64,000 nucleotides of DNA, from contig CM075989.1 of the NCBI GenBank assembly GCA_038087875.1, forward strand, positions 2,976,001 to 3,040,000, given 5' to 3'. This stretch comes from Malacoraja senta. Its lineage: Eukaryota. Both the position numbers and the translations under genes were made by a program. Below are positions 23,220 to 35,637 of this stretch, in pieces (the first letter of the stretch is position 1; each line of letters opens with the position of its first letter). A model generated the notes under the pieces. That model ran no database searches. It was not told the DNA's origin and was given only the letters and a program-made list of their open reading frames with translations.

Positions 23220-23398
23220 GTAGACAAAAGTGCTGGTGAAACTCAGCGGGTGCGGCAGCATCTGTGGAGCGAAGGAATAGGCAACGTTTCGGGCCGAAAC
23301 CCTTCTTCAGACTTCATAGATGCTGCCGCACCCGCTGAGTTTCTCCGGCATTTTTGTCTACCTTAGACTTTCCAGCATCTGCAGTTCCTTCTTAAACA
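23220..23398. mobile_element. Penelope-derived fold-back element
   Basis: Inverted arms around a hammerhead core; flanked by related CAGTCCTATCTCCTG sequences. Confidence 0.8.
23283..23310 (-). ncRNA. Minimal hammerhead ribozyme core (second subfamily)
   Basis: CUGAAGA-A-GGGU-UUCG-GCCC-GAAAC-GUU. Confidence 0.7.
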
Positions 23399-24901
23399 GT
23401 CCTATCTCCTGCCTGCCTCCTACCACCCCCCCCCCCAACCCCACCCCCTCCAGGTCCCCATTCGTTCTCAGCAGCCCTCTTTGCTCTCAGCTGTTGATCG
23501 CGGGTCCCATTGACATCGGCGGTCGGCGAGCCAGGCCTAGCTGGTCTACTGGAGTCCTTGGGCTCGTTCGCGGGACAACAGCCTCACCTTGAACTTAGGC
23601 CCTCCTATATTTCCATTCTGAAATGAAGAATCTCGACCCAAGACGTGGCCCGTCCATTTCCCACCACAGGTGCTGCCTGGCCCACTGAGGTCCCCCAGCA
23701 CCTTGTCTTCAGCTTAATTTCCCTGTGTCAAACTTCCCTTCAAGAAAGGAAATCATTAGCATCGCTGCCCCAGCTGATGTTTCTGATTCAATTTCCCCCA
23801 AGTCCTGAACTTAAAACTGGGTAAGGTTGATTTGAGCTGTAATGAATGACACCAAATGGTAATGTGCAGTCAATGAATTAAATGAGGTTACTTCTGCACA
23901 AATTAATTGGCGGACATGATTTGATTAACAATGGTATTGAACTCTGTCCAATTCACTGCAATGATGGAGGTGTAATTGGCTGGCTCTCCACTCAAAGTTC
24001 ATTCCAATCAACTAATCAATCTATGCCTAAGCATCCCGAAGAGTAAATATGAAATACTTTTGCTTATTGATTGACCATATTTATGAAGCATAATTAATCA
24101 ATGGTTACTCTGTAGTTCTACTATTGGCTCAGCTTTGTAGGCTTGTAAATACGACATCGTTCTCCTAATTTAGCTCCACAAATTAATCCTTCAAAGGCGC
24201 TTTGACAAATAATTCAATGCCCTATTAAATGAATTTCACTTGCGGGAGGAAATGAGTAAGAACTGCCTGCCCCCTCAGCACCCATACAATCTCAACTGTT
24301 GCGGACAATTCTTGGCTTATTTAATTTCACGGTGGAAACAAATAACCAAATAAAATTGAAAAATGTCATCAGTTCCCAAAGGCAAGACTCAAACATCAGA
24401 AATTGAGAAGATTATGATAAATATGTCCTAATGTTATGCTCAACATCACTGGAATGAAGATATTATGCGATTGATTGAGACACGATATTGCAGGCGAAGA
24501 TTCATCTGGGATAGACATAAAATGTCATCTGTGTTGGTTATTTACTCATTAATAAATGCCGAAAGTTAGAAATAAAGCTCGAAAAATGCGGTCATATTTG
24601 TGGTGAGTGAGAGAGAGAGAAAAAGTAACTGTTTCAGGCAATGACCTTCCATCAGAAGAGGGTAGATAAAAGTGCTGGAACAACTCAGCGGGTGAGGCAG
24701 CATCGAAGGAGGGTCTCTGGCTCATCAGAAGAGTGTACTTACGTTAATAGCGAGCTTTCTCTTTGGTAAAGCACAAAGTGCTGGAGTATGTCAGCAGGTT
24801 CGGCAGCATCTGTGGAGGGAATAAGCAGCAACGTGTGGGGTTCGGAGTCCTTCTTGTTGAGTGGAAAGGATTGCTTGTTGACTGGGCTCACTGCTGAATG
24901 A

Positions 24902-25080
24902 TAGACACAAAATGCTGGAGGAACTCAGCGGGTCAGGCAGCATCTCTGGAGAAAAAGAATGGGTGACGTTTTGGGTCGGGACCCTTCTCCACTATCCATT
25001 CCCTCCACAGATGCTGCGTGACCCGCTGAGTTCCTCCAGCACTTTGTGGTTTTTGCTCAAGGGTCAGCATGTGCAGTTCC
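24902..25080. mobile_element. Penelope-derived fold-back element, decayed
   Basis: TGCTGGAGGAACTCAGCGGGTCA / TGACCCGCTGAGTTCCTCCAGCA arms. Confidence 0.7.
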
Positions 25081-26057
25081 CCGTGTCTATGGTCATTTTC
25101 AATCTTGCCTCTTGGGTCTCTGGCTTCCACTGACATCGAATGACCATTTGGAAGGTTAGAGCTGAGTTTAGTTACTTTGCAGTTGCTGTTCAAGTGTGGT
25201 TTGGTGCATGGCTGGATTACAGATTACATTAGAATTGAAGATACAACATTGTAACAACCCCTTTGGCCCACCGAGTCCACATCAACCATCGATCACCCAT
25301 TCCCACACTCTGCTCATGAGGGGCAATTTGCAAGGGCCAATTAACCTACAAGTCTCTAGGATGTGGGAGGAAACCGGAGCACCTGGAGAAAACCCATGCA
25401 GTCACAGGGACAATGTACAAACTCTGTACAGGCAGCACAACTGACAGGATTGAACCCAGATCTCTGGCTCTACCATTTCGCCACTGAATGCCACTGTGAC
25501 CTTATGTGCTGTCTGTGTGGAGTTTGCATATTTCCCCATGACTGCGTGGATTGCCTCCGGGTGCTCTGGACTGCAAACTCCACACAGTCAGCACCCAGGG
25601 TCAGGATTGAACCCGTGGTCTCTGGCGCTGTGAGGTAGCTGCTCTACCAGCTGCACCACTGTGCTGCAATTAGATTTGTTGATTGGTTAGACTTTTGGCT
25701 TGACACAATGAATGAAGGTAACAAACTTTATTGTTGCCATATTCAGGCTTTTAGTAAATAAGGTTAGAAATTGTGGCAAGTTTTGAAAAAATAAATCTAT
25801 TTGCCAAATAATAGTATAGGTGCGAATTTGGGCTGGCAATCACGAACCTCAATTTCACATTCCCATCCATGTTAACTCTTATTCAGTTTTCATCGAGACA
25901 CTAGAGACTGCAGGTGCTGGAATCTGGAACAAACAACAATGTGCTGGAGGAACCCGATGGACCAGGCAGCATCTGTGGAGGCAGAGGGATGGGTCGACAT
26001 TGTGACTGGAGACCCCCCCACAGGACTGCATGGATTGTGTTTTAATTTGTGGCCCAT

Positions 26058-26287
26058 ATTGTGGAATTCCCTGCCACAGAGGGCAGTGGAGGCCAAGTCA
26101 CTGGATGGATTTAAGAGAGAGTTAGATAGAGCTCTAGGGTCTGGTGGAATCAAGGGATATGGGGAGAAGGCAGGCACGGGTTATTGATTGAGGACGATCA
26201 GCCATGATCACAATGAATGGCGGTGCTGGCTCGAAGGGCCGAATGGCCTCCTCCTGCACCTGTTTTCTATGTTTCTATGTTTCTATA
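26058..26287 (+). mobile_element. CR1 3' end with (TTCTATGT)n tail
   Basis: LWNSLPQRAVEAKSLDGFKRELD. Confidence 0.9.
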
Positions 26288-26569
26288 TTCTTTATTAAAT
26301 GCAGATGGACTTCTGCCTTCTGCCGGAATGTCACCAAATTCCTGAACAATGTCCCAGCTTGGCTGATGAATCCTTGGACCTGAAGTGTTAAGTCTGCTTC
26401 CTCTCTCTACAAATGCTGCTTGGCCTGCCGACCATTTCCAGCTTTTTCCGGTTTTATTCCAACTGAGGTCATTCGGAAATCAGGATGGCTTCCCCTGATG
26501 AATCCCAGTGGAGTAAGGCAAGCCCAACACTGCAAATGGCCAAATCCATTTGATGTTTCAATCAGAGTT

Positions 26570-27260
26570 ATGCAGCTATGCAGCACGGACACTGTCCTCC
26601 AGACCCACCTTGCCAATGCTGACCAAGTTGGCATATTGGGCTGGTCTGAGTTACTACATTTGGCCCATAACTCTCTGAACCTTTCTTATCCATATATGTC
26701 CAAATGTGATCCAAAAGTCATTATTCTATCAGCATCTACAGCTTCCTGTCAGCCCATTCCAGATAAGGACTACCCTCTGAGTGAAAGAGTTTTCCCCTGA
26801 GGTTCCTCTTAAATCTCTCCCATCTCACCTTAAACCTGTGCCCTCTAGTTTTAGAAAACTCCACTCTGGGAAAAAGACTGTGAGCCCTCACTGTATCCAT
26901 GCCCCTCATGATATTGTCCATCTCAATAAGTTCACCTCTCAGCCTCCTACACTTCAGAGAAAGAAGTCCCAGCCTATCCTACCTCTTACTGTGTCAAGCA
27001 TGCAAGCCCAGGTAGCATTCTGTAGATTCTCTTCTGCACTCTATCCAACTTAATGATATCCTTCCTGTAGCTGGTCGACCAGAACTGTACACGGTACTTA
27101 AAGTGTGGTCTGACTAACAATTTGTAGAGCTGCGTCATGATGTCCCAACATTTGTACTCAATACCCTTCCCAATGAAGGCAAGAATGTCAAACGCCTTCT
27201 TCAGCGCAGTCTACTTGACTTGACACCTTGAACGTCCACATCCAGATCTCTCTGTTCTTT
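26570..27260 (-). mobile_element. Old CR1 fragment
   Basis: LFPRV--SKTRGHRFKVR-ERFKRNLRGK. Confidence 0.75.
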
Positions 27261-27713
27261 GCTGTGCTAAAGATGGGCCGGGATTTAAAGGAGCCTGAGT
27301 AATGAAATTATGGTAACATTAACTTGTTGATTATAATTGCAGGGATGTGTCAGCCAATGTAGTAAAGATCGGGGAGCAATGTTGCTCATCAGGATTGATT
27401 TAAACTCACAGGGAAATAAATGTAGCTTTACTTTAGTTTAGTTCGGAGATACAGTGCGGACACAGGCCCTTCGGCCCACCAAGTCCTCGCCGGCCAGCGA
27501 TCTTTGTACACTAGCACTTTCCTACACACTGGGGACAATTTACAATTTTACCAAAGCCAATTAACCTACAAACCTGTACATCTTTGGAGAGTGAGAGGAA
27601 ACCAGGGGAAAAAGCTTGAGGGTCACGGGGAGAACAAACAGGATTAATATAGCACCTGTAGTGAGGATTAATATAGCACCCCTAGTCAGGATTGAACCCG
27701 GGTCTCTGGCGCT

Positions 27714-27851
27714 TTTTCTTCTTGCGTATGGCGTGCACAGCCTAAAGGTGCAAGTCAACTTGTTCTATTTGATCTATTTGTTTGTGCACGTCGGTTTGAT
27801 TGCATTAGTCGAAACAGGGTGGACCACGTGAAGGTTGCAATCTCCCACCCC
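27714..27851 (-). mobile_element. 138-bp non-autonomous retroposon (ingi/Vingi/RTE-like)
   Basis: Perfect 12-bp TSD GTCTCTGGCGCT (27702-27713, 27852-27863); 3' end GCCATACGCAAGAAGAAAA; no Pol III boxes. Confidence 0.85.
27798..27851 (-). ncRNA. Minimal (P4-less) HDV/CPEB3-like self-cleaving ribozyme
   Basis: GGGGUGG-GA-GAUUGCA-ACC-UUCACGU-GGU-CCACCCU-GU-UUCG-A-CUAA-UGCAAUC: P1 7 bp with G.U at position 1, P2 7 bp, P3 3 bp, L3 UUCACGU, J4/2 CUAA. Confidence 0.88.
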
Positions 27852-28169
27852 GTCTCTGGCGCTGTGAGGCAGTAACTCTACCGCTGCGCCACCATGTTGC
27901 CCATTAATTGTCAATACACGAGCCATATGTTGCTAGTCCAGACACACTACTCATAAGCACTGCCCAAGGGCCACTCCCAATACCTGCACAGGATGCAGAG
28001 GGTTTAAGTCTAGGAAATGATGACCCACTATAATGCTGAGGGCTCCTGCAAACCCAGAGCTCTATCACTGAATCCATCACTAAATACCAGCATTCTAGAT
28101 TTCACAATAAATCTCCTGAACTGACGTTAGTCTCAGCAGCCGACCCGCACTTGTAGTTTTCCAGCATAA

Positions 28170-28725
28170 GTCATATGGTCATACAACATGGAAACAGGCC
28201 CTTCAGCCCAATGTGCTCACACCGGCAGCTACACTAGTCCCAACTGCCCGCGTTTGGTCCATATCCATCCAAACCTGTCCTATCCATGTACATGTCCAAC
28301 TGTTTCTTAATTGTTGGGATAATCCCAGCCTCAACTACAATAGACAATAGACAATAGGTGCAGGAGTAGGCCATTCAGCCCTTCGAGCCAACACTGCCAT
28401 TCAATGTGATCATGGCTGATCATCCCCAATCAGTACCCCATTCCTGCCTTCTCCCCATATCCCCTCACTCCGCTATCTTTAAGAGCCATAACTAGCTCTC
28501 TCTTGAAAGTATCCAGAGATCTCTTGAAAGTATCCAGAGAACTACCTCCCCTGGCAGCTTGTTCCATACACCCACCACCCCTTGGGTGAAAAAGTTACCC
28601 CTCAGATTCCTATTAGATCTTTTCCCCTTCACCTTGAACCTATGTCCTCTGGTCCTCGATTCATCTGCTCTGGGCAAGAGACTTGAGCGTCTGTGCATCT
28701 ACCCGATCTATTCTTCTCATGTTTT
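28170..28725 (-). mobile_element. CR1 with a second CR1 3' end nested at about 28339-28538
   Basis: AACTAC on both sides of the inner copy; ESRTRGHRFKVKG ORF remnant. Confidence 0.85.
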
Positions 28726-29204
28726 TATCCATGATATGTGGAGTTTAATGGGTAATTGGAGCACATATTGTACCGTGGAAATACACAAGGCAACAGTATG
28801 ACTCGTGAGCTCCCAGTCCCTGCAATCCCTCTGTGCCAAAGTACAAACATATCAACTCAGATGAATAGGCTCCTAAGGCAGGCTCCGCCATTCATTATGA
28901 TAATGATTGGTCTATTTTAACTTCAACCTAGCATTCCTGTCTCTCTGGGATAAATTTTCATCCTCACAACTCATTAACAACCTCTGACGAAATATATTCC
29001 AAGACCCTCCTTCCACCGTCTTTTGAGAGAAGTTTCAAAGACCAACAACCCTCTAAGAGGAAAAGAATTATCCCATCTCCGGAATCAATTTTAACCCTCG
29101 GTTCTAGATTATCCTCAAATAAAATGGTTTGTAGGTTAATTGGCCTTTTGTGAATTGCCTCTCATTTGAAGGGATTGGATGCAAAAGTGGGATAATACAG
29201 TGCG

Positions 29205-29560
29205 ACACAGTGGCGCTGCAGGTAGTGCTGCTGTCTCATAGTGCCGGAGACCCAGGATCGATCCTGACCTCGGGTGCAGACTGTGTGGAGTTTGCACGTT
29301 CTCCCTGTGACCGCGTGAGTTTCCTCCAGGTGCTCCAGTTTCCTTCCACATCACAGAAAATGGCTTTGTAATTTAATATGCTTCTGTAATTTACCCCTAG
29401 TGCGAAAGGGTGATTAATGGTCGGCATGGACTCAATGGGCCGAAGGGCATGTTTCGATGCTGTATCTCTAAACAAAACTAAACTAAACCAGGTTGAACGG
29501 GTGATCGATGGTCGACAAGGATTTGGTGGGCTGAAGGGCCTGTTTCCATGCTGTTTCAAT
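29205..29560 (+). mobile_element. V-SINE with duplicated tail
   Basis: Head, V-domain and two GGGCYGAAGGGC tails. Confidence 0.8.
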
Positions 29561-31406
29561 CAATTAAAATCCCTCTTCCGATCCACCTCCTGAATACAAG
29601 CATGTTATTCATCCTTCCCACATAAGACAATCTGCCCGCTCCAAGCATCATTGTTATAAAACACCTTTGAACCGCTTTCAATGTATTAAAATTCTTCCTG
29701 AAATAAGGAGACGCAATATTGTACACAGTACTTCAGATCGAGTCTCACCAATGCCCTTTATAAATGAAACATAACCACCTTACTTCAGTATTCAATTCCC
29801 CTACAATAAATATATCATGTTTCATAACAGAACGTTATTATTCATTGTTGGGGAATAAGTAGTAGCGTGGTTGTAAATCTTACACCAGGACCCTCAGATC
29901 CTAATGCATCTCGGATCTCAGCTCCTTCTGGCCAAGCCTCAGTTCATCTTTCCTGTCAAAATGAAACGTTTCAAGTGTTCCCATTCTGTATTCCTTACGT
30001 TAGATGTTTGCCCACTTCAGCCTACCTACATCCCAATGTAGCGGCCCTTCCAGTTGCCGTCTGCCCTCTCTGTGACTTACTTTCCTGACCCTATGTTTAT
30101 GCCGTTTGGCGATCATATACATTCATTCAGGCCATTTATATTCAATAGTTAGATATCGACACAGCCCTGTGGCATGGCACTCCTCACATCTGACAGTCAG
30201 CAAGCCCTTTCAGCCGACTAGTAATGCTTCCCGAATTCCAGAGTCCGCGACCACCACAGAATGTTTACTGACTCAGAAATACTCAATGCATCTCACCTGC
30301 CCCCTCCTGCTTTCCTGAGCATTCAGAATTTGCAATTACAAGTTTATGTAAAATAATGATTTATGATCTTCATAACCTGGAAAAGCAGAGTCAAATGTGA
30401 TTGCCATTGATTTGACCAATTATGAAGGAGACACATATGACTAACAGCAGAAATACTAAATTATACATCCAGGCAGCGGAGCCAATGGCTGGTTAAAATA
30501 CAGAGCAGGCTGTAACTATGTGGTTGTCATTGTTGATATCCATTCCGTTCACAGTTGTTAAGTCTTCTCACGTAACAATGCATGCAGGGAAACTATATTA
30601 ATAGAAACAGGAGGAAAACCAGCAAATACTGGCAATCTGAAATGAAAACACAGAGTGTACTATGGATCCATCTGCAAGTCCAATGCGTATCAATCATATC
30701 ATGGTATTAGTAAGGGTTGCGATCTCAGTGTTGGATTAAAATCAGGACTGCTTTTAAGAGATATCAGAGAATCCCTCTGCCAACTAAATGCCAGGACCGC
30801 TGAGCTAAAATATGACTTCACTATCAAAGGCAGAAGCTTTGCTGTATGCATTCAGAAAGAGCCTTCACGTCTAAAATACAATCCCCTCATAACTGAAAAT
30901 TGTTTGAAAATAATTTCTCAGACAGCTCGTTAAATAGTCAACAATTGATTGATTGAACCACTCAGAGCATAGAGCAGTATTATATTTAATATTCACTAAG
31001 ATCAATTGCATTGGTGTTTTTTTTTAATGGCCCACGTCAGCAGCAAAAAAATCGGCCATTGATTAAATACTTTAAACTTACACACAGAAACATAGACAAT
31101 AGGTGCAGGAATAGTGTTAAAGAAGGAATTGCAGATGCTGGAAAATCGAAGGTACACAAAAATGCTGGAGAAACTCAGCGGGTGCAGCAGCATCTATGGA
31201 GCGAAGGACCTTCGAGCCAGCACCGCCATTCAAAATGATCATGGCTGATCATCCAAACTCAGTACCCCGTTCCTGCTTTTTCCCCATATCCCTTGATCCC
31301 GTTAGCCCTAAGAGCCAAATCTAACTTTCTCTTAAAAACATCCAGTGAATTTGCCTCCACTGCCTTCTGCGGCAGAGAATTCCACACATAGAGTCAAGCT
31401 GCAATT

Positions 31407-31710
31407 TTTAGTTTAGTTTAGTTTAGTTTAGAGATACAGCCCAGAAACAGGCCCTTCGGCCCACCGGGTCCGCGCCGACCAGCGATCCCCGCACATTCAC
31501 ACTATCCTACACACTTGGGACAATTTTTACATTTACCAAGCCAACTGACCTACAAACCTGTATGTATGTCTTTGGAGTGTGGGAGAAAACCGAAGATCTT
31601 GTAGGTCACGGGGAGAACATACAAACTCCGTACAGACATAGTCGGGATCGAACCCGGGTCTCCGGTGCTGCATTCGCTGTAAGGCAGCAACTCTACCGCT
31701 GCGCTACCGA
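31407..31710 (-). mobile_element. V-SINE, variant head (GCAGCGAATGCAGC type)
   Basis: Same variant head as 48422-48668. Confidence 0.85.
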
Positions 31711-31775
31711 GACTGTCCTCTCCAAATCTCCAAATAGAAATAAAAGCAAAATATAATTTTCCAGAATGGTGTTAG

Positions 31776-31985
31776 GGCAGCATGGTAGTGCAGCTGGTAG
31801 AGCTGCTTTGTTACTGTGCCAGAGACCGCAATTCAATCCTGACCCCGGGTGCTGTCTGTGTGGAGTTTGCACCTTTTTACCCTGTGACCGCGTGGGTTTC
31901 CTCCACGTGCTCCGGTTTCTTCACACATCCCAAAGGCGTGCAGGTTTCTGGGTTAATTAGCCTCTGTAAATTGCCACTAGTTTGA
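31776..31985 (+). mobile_element. V-SINE 5' part
   Basis: Head and V-domain. Confidence 0.8.
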
Positions 31986-32039
31986 GTTTAGTTTATGGTC
32001 ACGTGTACCGAGGGACAATGAAGAGCTTTTGTTTCACAC

Positions 32040-32292
32040 ATTTTTCACACGGGGAGTGGTGAATCTGTGGAATTCTCTGCCACAGAGGTAGTTGAGGCCA
32101 GTTCATTGGCTATATTTAAGAGGGAGTTAGATGTGGCCCTTGTGGCTAAGGGGATCAGTGGGTATGGAGAGAAGGCAGGTACAGGATACTGAGTTGGATG
32201 ATCAGCCATGATCATATTGAATGGTGGTGCAGGCTCGAAGGGCTGAATGGCCTACTCCTGCACCTATTTTTTATGTTTCTATGTTTCTATGT
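32040..32292 (+). mobile_element. CR1 3' end
   Basis: VVNLWNSLP plus (TTCTATGT)n tail. Confidence 0.88.
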
Positions 32293-32396
32293 TGCGTACT
32301 AACCAGTCAGCGGTGAGATGGAATGGGTGATGTTTCGGACTTACCCTTCTTCAGACTTGTTACTTGTGACATACAACTAGGAAAATTGATCAGCAA

Positions 32397-33120
32397 TTCC
32401 TTGGAGCGCAGGAAGATGAGGGGTGATCTTATAGAGGTGCATAAAATCATGAGAGGAATATTTGGGGTCGATGCACAGAATTTTTTGCCCAGAGTAGGTG
32501 AATCGAGGACTAGAGGACATAGATTTAAGGCGAAAAGGAAAAGATTTAATAGGAATCTGAGACCTGTCCCACAGTACGAGTTCATTCCAAGAGCACTCCC
32601 GAGTTTTAAAAAAATCAAACTCATGGTAAGCACGGAGAATGAACGTAGCGGGTACGTCGGAGCTCGTGGACGTCTCTTAGCGGCTCGTAACACTAACGGC
32701 AGGTACTCGGGAAGACTCGCTAACGGCAGGTAAGCACGGGAAGACTCGTGAAGATTTTTCAACATGTTGAAAAATGTCCACGAGAGCCCCGAGTACCGAC
32801 GAGTGGCCATTACCGTAAATCTCAGAGTTGGAATCAGGGCAAACTTGGGAGAACTCTTGGAATGAACTCGTACCGTGGGACAGGGCTTTAAGGTTTTCAC
32901 ACAAAGGGTGGTGGGTGTATGGAGCAAGCTACCAGAGGAAATAGTTGAGGCAGGGACTATCCCAAAGTTTAAGAAACAAGTAGACAGGTACATGGATAGG
33001 ATAAGTTCAGAGGAATATGGGCCAAACGCACAGGTGGGAAAGTGTAGCAGGGACATGTTGGCCGGTGTGGGTAAGTTGGGCTGAAGGCCCTGTTTCCACG
33101 CTGTATCACTCTATGACTCT
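32397..33120 (+). mobile_element. CR1 3' fragment interrupted by a MITE
   Basis: SLERRKMRGDLIEV...RNLR | FTQRVVGVWSKLP. Confidence 0.9.
32560..32887. mobile_element. Harbinger-like MITE (different internal sequence)
   Basis: About 40-bp TIR CCTGTCCCAC.GTACGAGTTCATTCCAAGAG; TSD unclear. Confidence 0.8.
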
Positions 33121-33740
33121 AGTGTGAACGGGTGATCGATGGTCAGCATGGACAGTGGGCCGAAGGGCCTGTTTCCATGCTGTGTCTCTGAGCATTTCCA
33201 TCTCTAATAATACTGGCAGCAGAAGCTACTCCCTTGTACAATCCATGGATCTGCGCCATTGAGAGTAGGGATTCACATGAAGATGTCAGCTGAAAAGTGT
33301 CACATTAAACCTCACACCTCAAGAGGGAAGGAGACTAGAGAACGTCCCTTTTTCATGTACACCGGATATGAACTGGAACAATGAAGCCTTTACTGGCTGC
33401 AGATTCACAAGCACATTAGAACCATTCACTGCTGCCTTGGGTGACATTAAGAGCATTGAAATGCCAACTCCACTGTTGAGATTTCCCATTCATTAGGAAA
33501 ATCATGATCCAAAGGTTCAATGGTTACAAGCTCAGCGATATGAGAGGGTAAGGCATCCTGACCTACACTGAACAAACTTCCAGCTTCAGTAGTAATATCC
33601 AGGGGCAGCACGGTGGCACAGCGGTAGAGTTGCTGCCTTAATATGGTATTTCAAGATACAATAAATAAATAACTGTGAGGTAACTATAGTTGTGCAAACT
33701 TCAAAGTCTACAGTGCACACAAGGCGACAACCCATAAAAG

Positions 33741-34053
33741 GGCGGCACGTTGTTGCAGCAGTAGAGTTGCTGCCTCACAGCGCCAGAGACCCAGGTTGGA
33801 TCCTGACTATGGGAGCTGTCTGTACATTGTTTTACGTTCCCTCCATGACCTGTGTGGGTTTTCTCTGGGATCTCTGGTTTCCTCCCACATTCCAAAGACG
33901 AACAGGTTTCTAGGCGAATTGGCTTGGTATAATTGTAAATTGTCCCGAGTGTTAGTAGGATAGCGTTAGTGTGCGGGGATCGCTGGTCGGCGCGGACTTT
34001 GATGGGACGAAGGGCCTGTTTCCGCACTGTATATCCAAACTAAACTAAACTAA
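33741..34053 (+). mobile_element. Full-length V-SINE
   Basis: Head, V-domain, tail, (TAAAC)n. Confidence 0.9.
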
Positions 34054-34439
34054 ATGTTCTGGTAGAACATTGTGAGACAACTGGGTTGGCTCCCAGACTA
34101 ACAAAATCATCAGCAAGTGGGGTCCTGCTCAATGAAACTGATCCAAGAATGGGGCAATTAGATTTCCATTGGGGAGGCAGAGGGAAATTCTTCACACTGG
34201 TTATTGTTTCCCAAAGGAACATAAAACAGGATTTGTGCCACCTGCATGTGTTTATTTTTCCAATTTGCTAATTAAAAGCCGAATAATATCTCCTCCTTAG
34301 TTAATATTTACAACGAGGATTAGAGCCGCGTCTGATTGCAAATAAATGGTTTTATTGCTGGATAAACAGCAAGCCTGCATTGTGCAATGCAGTGAATAGC
34401 CACTACATCGTTAGGAAAAGTCATTGACAGTCCTGCACT

Positions 34440-35080
34440 CGTGCAGAACTCATCAAACCCACCAAGCGACTACACCACCAATTTCCACCCTGCCCTTGGA
34501 CCGTGGACTCTCTAACACCTCACTCCTCCAGAGCTTTTCTTTAGACTTTAGACTTTAGAGACACAGCGTGGAAACAGGCCCTTTGGCCCACCGAGTCCGC
34601 GACAACCAGCGATCACACCCGTCCACTAGCGCTATCCTACGCGCTCGGTACAATTTACAATTTTTACTGAAGCCAATTAACCTACAATCCTGCAGGTTTT
34701 TGGAGTGTGGGAGGAAACCAGAGCACCCGGAGAAAACCCACGTGGTTACAGGGATATTGTGCAAACTCCGTACTGACAGCACCCGTGGTCAGGATCGAAC
34801 CCGGGTCTCAGGCGCTGTAAGGCTGCAACCGTGTCGTCCATGTCTGGGGGACAGTCCTTCCACAGATATTTATTACGAACCCACCGACTCCCACAGCTAA
34901 CTTGGCTGCACCTCCTCCCGCCCTGCCTCTTGCAAGCACGACATCCCTTACTCTCAAATTCTGCATCTGCTCTCAAGAAGAGGCCCTCCATTCTTCGACA
35001 TATGACACACCCATCTACTTCAGATAACGTGATGGGAACCCCCTTCCCTGCCCACCGTTGTATTAGTGTTCCTGGATTAT
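34440..35080 (+). pseudogene. Penelope RT remnant split by a SINE (34541-34830, minus strand)
   Basis: TNFHPAL...STDIYYEPTDSHS...SCK-DIPYSQ. Confidence 0.65.
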
Positions 35081-35165
35081 TCCAGAGGTTGAGGCCCAGC
35101 AAGCAAATTCATTCCCACCTGCAGAATTTAAGATTAATTATACAAATTAATTTACAATTAATTTT

Positions 35166-35462
35166 GGGGCAGCACGGTGGCGCAGCAGTAGAGTTGCTGC
35201 CTTACAGCACCAGAGAACCAGGTTCGATCCTGACTACGTTGCTGTCTGTACGGAGATTGTATCTTCTCCCTGTGACCACGTTGGTTTTCTCTGGGAGCTC
35301 CGGTTTCCTCCCACACTCCAAAGACGTGTAGGTTTGTTGGTAAAATTGTAAATTGTCCCCAATTGCGTGTAAGATAGTCTTGGTGTGCGGAGTTCACAGG
35401 CCAGCGTGAACGTGGTGGACCAAAGAGCCTGTTTCCACGCTTCATCTCTGAACTAAACTAAA
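35166..35462 (+). mobile_element. Full-length V-SINE
   Basis: Head, V-domain, tail. Confidence 0.9.
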
Positions 35463-35637
35463 TCTGGAAATGAATTGTCTTCAGCAATGAACAACAAACA
35501 AGTATTTGTAAAAGTCGAATAAATCAAGTCAAAAGCCAATGGTTTCTCTCTCTTTCTGCTGATGCTACCAGAATTACAGAGCTTGTTCTAAATGCGTCCT
35601 TGCTTCTTCTAGTTTAAATAACACATATGAACATCTT

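Larger units (their letters stand above)
27432..27900 (-). mobile_element. V-SINE hosting the 138-bp ribozyme retroposon
   Basis: SINE is continuous once 27714-27851 and one TSD copy are removed. Confidence 0.88.
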
